Of a stretch of DNA of 64,000 nucleotides, positions 16,871 through 23,992 are shown in pieces; the stretch's first letter is position 1, and each line of letters starts with the position of its first letter. The stretch is from Desulfobacteraceae bacterium (GTDB lineage Bacteria > Desulfobacterota > Desulfobacteria > Desulfobacterales > Desulfobacteraceae), in the NCBI GenBank assembly GCA_024226935.1, contig JAAELK010000222.1, forward strand, positions 27,237 through 91,236, given 5' to 3'. The translations under genes were made by a program, and so were the position numbers. The notes below the pieces were generated by a model, which searched no databases, was not told the DNA's origin, and saw only the letters and a program-made list of their open reading frames with translations.

Positions 16871-17019
16871 TATATCTTGTAAATTTTAAATGATATCCGA
16901 CCAGCTAATAAGAACATGATACAAAAGCGATATCAATATTTTAAACCCCTGTCAAGATATTCCAATACAGTAATTTTAGTAAGTCTTTGAAGTTCAATTT
17001 TAAAGCATGGTTGGAGTTG
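16871..17019 (-). promoter_or_regulatory. Repeated promoter module, copy E1 (minus-strand -35 TTGGAA at 16960-16965, 16-nt spacer, -10 TAAAAT at 16938-16943)
   Basis: It shares sequence blocks with E2 (17986-18093) and E3 (23438-23623): tatcaatattt..tgtNaagatatt, ctttgaRgttcaattttaaagSatggttgRagttg, and tatatcttgtaaatttNaatgatatcc. Confidence 0.55.
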
Positions 17020-17053
17020 ACGCCGAAAAGATAGGACAGGACAGGGCGTCAAC
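17016..17053 (-). terminator. 9-bp stem hairpin (gttgacgcc-N20-ggcgtcaac) at the distal edge of E1
   Basis: The arms are a perfect inverted repeat. It lies downstream of the DUF2335 unit. No clear U-run follows. Confidence 0.3.
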
Positions 17054-17303
17054 TCATTCTCCAGGGACCTCCTGTCCCGATTCCTAAGGTAAATACTGCT
17101 CTTTTCGCATCCATGCGAACCGCAGTATTTAATAGGAATCGTGCATTTTTTTTAAAATTTTCAGAGGTATCAATAATCCAGCAAATGTATAGACGAATAA
17201 AATCCCAATCTAATTTTTTTTTGAAGAGAATATTGATTTCCATACTCACAGCCAGCTAACGTACGACTATCAAAACTTTGGGGGGGGAGATGCTGGGGAG
17301 TAA

Positions 17304-17795
17304 TTATTTATCTGGATATGGCACAACTTCTTTGGATTGTTGATCTCCATTGTTGGAATGAGGGTTATTTCTGCCAACGATAAAAGCAGAAACAAGAGCG
17401 ACAACCCCGCCAGTCCCTATAAAGCCACCGGGCCACGGTGCCCCATTAGTAGCTGTGTATGCACCGCTCACAATAGCTATTATTCCAATTGCAAGCCCAC
17501 AGTACTGTCCTCTTTTAGTATCACCAGCTTCATTTTTTAACCCTTCTATTTCAGCATCAAGAGACTTCTCCTCCAACATATGGCGGTGGGCAGTTTCTTT
17601 CTCCGCCATTGCCAGAATCCGGTCAGCAGCCCCCGGCAATAACTGTTCATAGCCTGCCAAAATTTGGGGTGGAGGGAGCGGACCTTGAAATTGTTCAGCC
17701 TTATATTCTTGTTGCACTATAGTTGGGTTATTTTTATCTGGGAGGCGCTTAGCGGGGGGAGGCCTTCGAGCCTTATTTCTTTTACCTTTTCCCAT
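17304..17795 (-). CDS. DUF2335-like membrane protein
   Basis: 163 aa. 'FQGPLPPPQILAGYEQLLPGAADRILAMAEKETAHRH' is followed by two C-terminal TM helices. Confidence 0.65.
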   Translation of the reverse strand: MGKGKRNKARRPPPAKRLPDKNNPTIVQQEYKAEQFQGPLPPPQILAGYEQLLPGAADRILAMAEKETAHRHMLEEKSLDAEIEGLKNEAGDTKRGQYCGLAIGIIAIVSGAYTATNGAPWPGGFIGTGGVVALVSAFIVGRNNPHSNNGDQQSKEVVPYPDK

Positions 17796-17973
17796 TGGTA
17801 TAGGAGGAGGTCGCTTTTGATATAGCCATCCCTACTCTTTCCCAATCACCTTTTAGACATTCTGCGCTTGATTGGCAAGGCTTGTATGATCTAACGGAGT
17901 ATTTTTTCCTAGGGTATATATTAATTACAGACCCAACCCCTTTTATAAAATTTCTTGATAATTTTTTTACCAT
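17782..17973 (-). CDS. Small conserved-looking hypothetical protein, translationally coupled to the DUF2335 gene
   Basis: 63 aa. It overlaps the downstream gene by 14 nt. The 'SSAECLKGDWERVGMAISKA' motif resembles small proteins I have seen annotated as hypothetical in other genomes. Confidence 0.45.
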   Translation of the reverse strand: MVKKLSRNFIKGVGSVINIYPRKKYSVRSYKPCQSSAECLKGDWERVGMAISKATSSYTNGKR

Positions 17974-17985
17974 AATATAAAAACA

Positions 17986-18093
17986 GTATCAATATTTCTA
18001 ATACATGTAAAGATATTTCAACGAGTAACTATGGTGGAAATCTTTGAGGTTCAATTTTAAAGGATGGTTGAAGTTGTGATTAATTATCCCTAG
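17986..18093 (-). promoter_or_regulatory. Repeated promoter module, copy E2 (-35 TTGAAA at 18016-18021, 16-nt spacer, -10 AGAAAT at 17994-17999)
   Basis: Blocks are shared with E1 and E3. The distal block gattaattatcccta is shared with E3. It lies immediately upstream of the 17973 start. Confidence 0.55.
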
Positions 18094-18399
18094 TTCAGAT
18101 TATCCAGAAGGACCAAAATACTCCAGGATACAAAAAATATATTCAACCAATTCCCCGGCAAAAAATTATTTTGACAATAGGCCTTCTCATGGAAGTTAGT
18201 TTGACTCTTGACCTTCTTTAAAAAAGCAGGGCTGGATATTTTAGATATCTGAATTTTCTGACATCATGAACAAGAAAAAGTGTAACATAGTGCTGATCGG
18301 CGCAGATTTATCCAAATTTTTCTATTGTTCGCATATTGGCAAATAGATGACGCAAACTGGCGCCGCAGGCGCGCGATTGTGGTCAAGTGAAGTAACCTG

Positions 18400-19245
18400 T
18401 TAATCTTTATTCTCACTGATATTACGGGTTTCCCCAGCTACTCTTACGCTTGCACCAGGCTTTAAAGTATATTCCACAAATAGACGTGATGAACAACCCA
18501 TGTCTTCTCCCTGGATAATTTCAAATCTTTTTTTTCCTTGCCAATCTATATCTCGCAAATAACCTGCTAGAGCAGCTGCCGCAGCACCTGTAGCTGGATC
18601 CTCATATACCCCACCAGGCGCAAAAGCATTGCGAGAATGAAAAATACCGTCAGACTCAGGCCATAACAAACTGATTGTAGCTATATCCTCACTAAGCATT
18701 AGAGCTTTTGTATTCTCAAAATGGTAATCCATTTCCGCAAGCGTCTTGCGTTTTTTAACGACAATGATAAGATGCTTCGCACCAGCAAAGGCAACGCGAA
18801 TCGGAAAGCTCGGGTCAAGATCTGTCGCTGATAACTTAAAGAACTTGAGAATTTGTTCAGTAAACTCCTGCGGTGCTGCATCTGACCATGTTTCAGGAGA
18901 CTGCAAGGCTGCCGTGTATCTGCCATTCGCGGATTTTGAAACATTTACACTTATTTCATCATTATTGAGAAATAGCTTATACACACCCTCCCCGAAGCGA
19001 CTGCCCAAAGCAGATCCACTGGCAATCGTAGCATGTCCACAAAAAGCAACTTCTATCTCTGGAGAGAAATAACGAATTCTCCAACCGTCCTTAAAAGATT
19101 TTAAAAATGCTGTTTCAGAATACCCCACTTGTTTAGCAATGCTAAGCATTTCTTTTTCTTTTGGCATTTCATCACAAATTACAATACCCGCAGGATTACC
19201 ACCTTTGTTATCATCCGTGAATGCTGCTATTTTTAGTATGTTCAT
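18400..19245 (-). CDS. PhzF family phenazine-biosynthesis-like isomerase
   Basis: 281 aa. It starts 'MNILKIAAFTDDNKGGNPAGIV', contains 'FCGHATIAS', and has the two-domain length typical of PhzF/YddE. Confidence 0.8.
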   Translation of the reverse strand: MNILKIAAFTDDNKGGNPAGIVICDEMPKEKEMLSIAKQVGYSETAFLKSFKDGWRIRYFSPEIEVAFCGHATIASGSALGSRFGEGVYKLFLNNDEISVNVSKSANGRYTAALQSPETWSDAAPQEFTEQILKFFKLSATDLDPSFPIRVAFAGAKHLIIVVKKRKTLAEMDYHFENTKALMLSEDIATISLLWPESDGIFHSRNAFAPGGVYEDPATGAAAAALAGYLRDIDWQGKKRFEIIQGEDMGCSSRLFVEYTLKPGASVRVAGETRNISENKD

Positions 19246-19378
19246 ATAAACTCTTTTGGACTTTTAGTTGGCTAACATTTTGATCACTGATTTATCCAGT
19301 GTATTATTTGATTATAAAACGTAATAGTATAAATCCTTAACAGGTGTCAATAGTAGACCCTAAAGTAAAACTTTAGGT

Positions 19379-19942
19379 TTATCTTTTCCAAGGGGGAATA
19401 TTATATATATAAATGTACATTCCTTTTAAAAATCCCCAACCGCCCAGAATAATCATGAAACATATAAAAATATACCCTGGATAAAATTTGTAATTATCCA
19501 ATCCTATTATTTCGACCATTGATTTTTTGCCTTCATATTTTCCAATCCTTACATGGTTTGGATTAGAACGCTCATAAGTAACAGGAACACTATTACCAAC
19601 AGAGTATTGATGATTTACAGGCATTGATATTATTATGTCTTCATCATTAGGTTTATATTTAAGTGTAATGTAATGATTTCTGACTCTTTGGCGACTGCGA
19701 TCATAAGAAGACATTGATTCATACGAATCTTTGTACCAGTAATCAACTATATATCCATTTATTTTTATTCCATCTTTATAAAATTCATATTGTTCTATTG
19801 ATCTATCAATATAAACTAATAAAAGTGCAATAAAGCATAGACAGAGGAACAAGCATACAAAAATTCCTTCTAAAGTCCTGTCATTATTTATTGGTGATTC
19901 ATGTTTACGTCTTCGTCTTAGATTTTTCTTTTTTTTGGGCAT
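19379..19942 (-). CDS. Membrane protein, DUF3592-like (TM - beta domain - TM)
   Basis: 187 aa. A basic N-terminus and TM are followed by 'INGYIVDYWYKD...GNSVPVTYERSNPNHVRIG' and a C-terminal TM. Confidence 0.5.
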   Translation of the reverse strand: MPKKKKNLRRRRKHESPINNDRTLEGIFVCLFLCLCFIALLLVYIDRSIEQYEFYKDGIKINGYIVDYWYKDSYESMSSYDRSRQRVRNHYITLKYKPNDEDIIISMPVNHQYSVGNSVPVTYERSNPNHVRIGKYEGKKSMVEIIGLDNYKFYPGYIFICFMIILGGWGFLKGMYIYIYNIPPWKR

Positions 19943-19951
19943 CTCTCTATC

Positions 19952-20410
19952 TTATAGTATATTTGTAAATTTTTGTGCATGGAATATCAAGGAAAGAAAG
20001 CCATTTTCTGGTTTTTGATAAACGATAAAATTTTTGTTTTGATCATCATAATAAAAGGAGTCTTTGTTGGTTGCATCACATAATTGATCTGTGTTTTTAT
20101 AATCTTCTTTCATTTTTATACAAAAAACTTTTTTTTCTACTTCAATGGGCAAACCTATACGAGCCCCACCCTGAACTTTTTTTTTCTCTTTTATAAACCC
20201 CACTGATTCTATCTGATTCCAGTAAAATGTAACTGCCTTGCGTTTCAATCCACTCCAGTAATACAATGATATTTTTTCAAAATCAATTTCGCCCCACGGT
20301 ATTAGAGAATTTATCAGTGAAAAAAAACCAACACAATAAAAATATAGGTAAAAATGATATAAGTTCAAAGAAAAAAGAGTATATAAAATACCAATAACAC
20401 TTCCAATCAA
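19952..20410 (-). CDS. Hypothetical membrane protein
   Basis: 152 aa with two N-terminal TM helices. The start codon (TTG) is uncertain. No recognisable motif. Confidence 0.4.
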   Translation of the reverse strand: MIGSVIGILYTLFSLNLYHFYLYFYCVGFFSLINSLIPWGEIDFEKISLYYWSGLKRKAVTFYWNQIESVGFIKEKKKVQGGARIGLPIEVEKKVFCIKMKEDYKNTDQLCDATNKDSFYYDDQNKNFIVYQKPENGFLSLIFHAQKFTNIL

Positions 20411-20632
20411 CCAAGCTATACGCCATGTTTTTCTATTATTATAAAATTTAATTTACATCCAACTTTTTTCTTTTTAATAAAGACCTTTATAACTTACTTG
20501 CCGCAGAAACAAATCCACTTAAACAATTAGCAATTGGAGCATAGGAATAACTTATTTACTTAATTCCGGCCAAATTAGCCCAGCAAGATCACATGGCGAG
20601 GCTGTCACGTTCCACGCAAATTGTCCAAAATG

Positions 20633-20968
20633 CTATTTCATAAACAATGTAAATACAGCCATTGATACTACCAATATTAAATACCCGATAAAATGGATAA
20701 AATTTTCGTTTACAACCAGCGGAGTTAATATTTCAACATTATAAGAAAATTGTTCCAAAATTATTCCTGGTATCAATAAACATAAAATACCAATAACCGG
20801 CATGGAAACTACCAGGGCAAAACCAAATAACGCCCGGGGGTTCCCACAATCTTTTGCAGCAATTAAACCAGGAAAAAGCTCTTTCATGTCAGCTAGGGCA
20901 TATAGATAAACCACCAATGCGAAAACACCGAAAACTTTACTTTTGTATGCTTTTCCAAATTGAAACAT
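20633..20968 (-). CDS. Hypothetical small membrane protein
   Basis: 111 aa with 3-4 predicted TM helices. No recognisable motif. Confidence 0.4.
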   Translation of the reverse strand: MFQFGKAYKSKVFGVFALVVYLYALADMKELFPGLIAAKDCGNPRALFGFALVVSMPVIGILCLLIPGIILEQFSYNVEILTPLVVNENFIHFIGYLILVVSMAVFTLFMK

Positions 20969-21156
20969 CTGATCCTTTTTATTTCCATGAACCCCTTACA
21001 GCCCCCGACAAACTGTGTTTTTATACTAAAAAAATGTTTTACTCAAGAAATATAAGTAATCCAATAATTATTTTTCAAAAAAAACAATCCCCGAATTTTC
21101 TATTTAAAAAAAGTCAGCAATATGACATTGTCCCTAGTGTTTTAAAAAGACAGGCA

Positions 21157-22023
21157 ATGACGATTCAGAGGAGTGAAAAACAAGATATGCTGCCATCGAT
21201 CAATATTGGATTTTTAAGTACCTATTATCTATTTTATCTAATTGGAATTTTGATCGGCTGGGTGATGTTTGTTGCCGCAGAAGAAGACATTTATGATCTG
21301 GATCGCAAATGCATCAATTTAAAAACCGTTTTCCTGGCATCTATTGCATATTTTGTGGTGGTCATTATCTGTATCCAGGGGGCCAACTGGTTCCACTATT
21401 TTTTTGATAAAATTCCAAATTTTGTTCAAAGAAGACTCACGTGGCAGGATGTGGTTTTTACCGATCTCTTGGGAACCGTCAAGGTTCTCTATGGAGCAGT
21501 TTTTTTCTACCCCCCTGCAATTTTCATTGTTTCAACAATGATTTTGCGCAAAAACTCTCTTGACTACCTGAACAGGAAAGGGTTTATCCTGTTTTTTATC
21601 CTGGGATTTGCACGGCTTGCCTGCTTTGCAAACGGATGCTGTTATGGGATTTATTCCAAGTTTTTCGGGGTTAGCTTTCCCATGGGGTCAGCGGCTTCCG
21701 CCGAACATATGAAAAGGGGGCTTACCCATGGATTTGTCCCCCCGCCATCCCTTCCCGTAATTCCCACCCAGATCATTTCAGCCCTTGTGCTTTTTTTTCT
21801 ATCTTTTTTTTGCTGGAGGGCCTACAAAAAAGAAAAAAGCCCGGTACTTTTTTTTAATTATGTTTTCTATTATGCCATATTCAGATTTTTGATCGAATTT
21901 ATCAGGGACGATTTTGACAGGGCATACTGGTATAATTTATCGGCCTCCCAATGGCTTTCCCTCACAATTTTTCTTTTGGTTGCCCTGGGGTTTAAGGAGT
22001 TTAAAAAAAAGGCCCATGCCTGA
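21157..22023 (+). CDS. Prolipoprotein diacylglyceryl transferase (Lgt)-family membrane protein
   Basis: The internal ATG was chosen because the upstream 100 codons overlap the opposite-strand gene. The protein is multi-TM, with 'LGFARLACFANGCCYG' and 'YAIFRFLIEFIRDD', which is Lgt-like. Confidence 0.55.
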   Translation: MTIQRSEKQDMLPSINIGFLSTYYLFYLIGILIGWVMFVAAEEDIYDLDRKCINLKTVFLASIAYFVVVIICIQGANWFHYFFDKIPNFVQRRLTWQDVVFTDLLGTVKVLYGAVFFYPPAIFIVSTMILRKNSLDYLNRKGFILFFILGFARLACFANGCCYGIYSKFFGVSFPMGSAASAEHMKRGLTHGFVPPPSLPVIPTQIISALVLFFLSFFCWRAYKKEKSPVLFFNYVFYYAIFRFLIEFIRDDFDRAYWYNLSASQWLSLTIFLLVALGFKEFKKKAHA

Positions 22024-22654
22024 ATTTTTAAAGGTTAAAAAACATAAAAGCATTCTTAACTATTATATACTCTGGCTGCCCTTTATCATTATTTACCAAG
22101 TGACAAACAGATTCCATTTTTTTGAACCAAGACAGCTTACCATGACAACCCTTGATGAGAGCATCCCCTTTTTACCCTGGACTATTCCAATTTATATAAG
22201 TTATCTTGTCTATACTTTTATTGTCATTGCAAGGAGCAAAGATGATGATGAGGTGAGAGATATTTTCATACTTACCCATATCCAGCTGGGACTGGCCGTT
22301 CTCTTTTTTATCTTTTTTCCCGTGGGCTTTCCCAGGGATCAGTTTTATTATACCCATCCCCTTACATCCATGTTCAACTCTTTTTGGGTTCTTTTTGATG
22401 GGCCCAGCAATTGCCTGCCAAGCCTTCATACTATTTTATGCCTGACTGCCATAAGGCACAGTAGCAATAAACCAAAAACAAAGTTTTACACCGCCTGGGG
22501 TATAATGATCATTGCAACCACCCTCACCTGTAAACAGCATTATATAGTTGATGTTCTTGCAGGATTTGCAATTTACTGGCTATCTTTAAAGATATTTTTT
22601 TTCTATGGGAATTCCCGGTCTATTCTTTTAAAAAAGAAAGAATCATTTGATTGA
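22016..22654 (+). CDS. PAP2-superfamily membrane phosphatase/transferase (PAP2_C, sphingomyelin/IPC-synthase-like)
   Basis: The ATG overlaps the previous stop (ATGCCTGA). Motifs seen: 'CLPSLHTILC' and 'CKQHYIVDVLAG'. Confidence 0.6.
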   Translation: MPEFLKVKKHKSILNYYILWLPFIIIYQVTNRFHFFEPRQLTMTTLDESIPFLPWTIPIYISYLVYTFIVIARSKDDDEVRDIFILTHIQLGLAVLFFIFFPVGFPRDQFYYTHPLTSMFNSFWVLFDGPSNCLPSLHTILCLTAIRHSSNKPKTKFYTAWGIMIIATTLTCKQHYIVDVLAGFAIYWLSLKIFFFYGNSRSILLKKKESFD

Positions 22655-22786
22655 AAATTTAAATCTAAGCTCAACCCTTGTTCTATCTTTTAGCTGGATC
22701 CTGCTAAATTAAAAAATCTATCGATGGTTGTTGTAACGTGGCAAACAATATCAGATTTTTGCGTCCCCTGCATTTTTTCGTTATGT

Positions 22787-23392
22787 TTATTCTTTTTCTA
22801 TTTTTTCAATCACTTGCCAAAACTCTTTAAATATTTCCTGTTTGATTAATTTCTCAAATCTATCACCCGAAATATTATCAGGGTGGTACATTTTCAAAAA
22901 CGATATTTTAAGCCTCTTGAATTTATTATTATTGTTCAGTGTATTGCTTTCATGCAATTTTGACTCGGCTACCTTAGTTCTTTTTTTCCATTTATCCCGT
23001 GAAGCTACTGCTTTTTTCCCTTTTTGCCTTAAGTCATCAATGATTTGGTTGAGCTTTATTATTTCAAACTCATGACTGTTACAATCAGTGTTCTTGTTAT
23101 CATCATTGGGATGGGGAGACTTTATGTTATCTTTTATTTCTGACTGTTTTTCAAAATTTAAATAGTTTTTATATGATTTGATTTTGTATTTCAACAGTTG
23201 TATATCAGTAGCAATTCTGCTGGACATTTCATCGTATGATACACCTTTTTCTTTAGCCATTTGTGATATGTATTTTATACTGATAGCTGATTTTTTTAAT
23301 TCACTTAAACGAATTTCAAATGAATTCAGTGTTTGCAAGACCATTTCTATTGAAGAAAAAGATTCATCCAATATTTTGATTATTTCATTCAT
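22787..23392 (-). CDS. Coiled-coil protein with a C-terminal J-domain-like HPD motif
   Basis: 201 aa, K/E-rich. 'FKRLKISFLKMYHPDNISGDRFEKLIKQEIFKEF' resembles helices II-III of a DnaJ J-domain. Confidence 0.45.
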   Translation of the reverse strand: MNEIIKILDESFSSIEMVLQTLNSFEIRLSELKKSAISIKYISQMAKEKGVSYDEMSSRIATDIQLLKYKIKSYKNYLNFEKQSEIKDNIKSPHPNDDNKNTDCNSHEFEIIKLNQIIDDLRQKGKKAVASRDKWKKRTKVAESKLHESNTLNNNNKFKRLKISFLKMYHPDNISGDRFEKLIKQEIFKEFWQVIEKIEKE

Positions 23393-23437
23393 ATGTATCC
23401 GTTAATATTGAGTATAACAAATAACTATACTGACTTA

Positions 23438-23623
23438 TATATCTTGTAAATTTCAATGATATCCTATTTGTATAAACGACAAACCTACTGGCACAACTAC
23501 TGACAGAAATTTGTATCAGTATTGTAAATACGTGCAAAGATATTTCAACAGGCTGTAATGGAAATATAATGCATTATTGGATATCAATCAAACATTTTGT
23601 CCGCTCAAGATTAATTATCCCTA
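23438..23623 (-). promoter_or_regulatory. Repeated promoter module, copy E3 (-35 TTGAAA at 23543-23548, 16-nt spacer, -10 TACAAT at 23521-23526)
   Basis: Blocks are shared with E1 (tatatcttgtaaatttNaatgatatcc and the promoter core) and with E2 (promoter core and gattaattatcccta). Confidence 0.55.
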
Positions 23624-23806
23624 TGGATAAACATCATAAGAAAATCAAATTATCAATAATACCACTTTAAGTCTTGATAGCCCTTTTTAAAATTTTTTAC
23701 ATTCATGCTGTTATTTGATTTTGGTAAAACAAGAAAATTTTAAATATTTTAAGATTGCCTGGCAGGTTAACATAATCACCGATATAATATTTACCAATGC
23801 ATAAGG

Positions 23807-23937
23807 CAGGAAAAAGGAGGTGAGGTTTGTAACGGGAATGGCAGTGTGCCCCATGGACGGGGCAAAACGCCATTCACCTCGGAAGCCTAACCCAAAGTTT
23901 GGTGAGAATGAGCAAAAAAACATTACCTCCTTTCCTG
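23807..23937. other. ~130-nt nested imperfect hairpin immediately downstream of the pilus operon
   Basis: The outer stem pairs aggaaaaaggaggtg with tacctcctttcct. Inner stems are gaatggc/gccattc and tgcccc-atggac-ggggca. An alternative partner cacctc sits at 23875-23880. Confidence 0.45.
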
Positions 23938-23992
23938 GCGTAATTGTTTGGAAGTTTATGAAAGCAAGTTTGTATGGAAATTGCTGTTTTCT

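Noticed and set aside
17049-17249. 66-aa minus-strand ORF downstream of the DUF2335 gene
   Set aside because: It has no SD and no motifs, and it ends inside the 9-bp hairpin. It could be real, but I cannot support it.
18266-18346. 26-codon plus-strand ORF 'MNKKKCNIVLIGADLSKFFYCSHIGK*' resembling the start of a Rossmann-fold enzyme
   Set aside because: It is too short and truncated. At best it is a gene remnant in the accessory region, and it cannot be verified without a search.
20854-21156. N-terminal 101 codons of the 389-aa ORF (Lgt-like gene)
   Set aside because: This part overlaps the opposite-strand membrane-protein gene (20633-20968) and reads as non-protein-like sequence. The internal ATG at 21157 precedes the first TM helix, so it was used instead.
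23807-23937. Possible c-di-GMP-I (GEMM) riboswitch, considered because of the pilus / c-di-GMP context and 'ggggcaaaac' / 'ggaagcc' strings
   Set aside because: The conserved GEMM core (paired hairpins with GNRA tetraloop/receptor, ACGCACAGGGCAAACC...GACGCAAAGCC) is not present, and no downstream gene sits in a sensible position. It is kept only as an unassigned hairpin.
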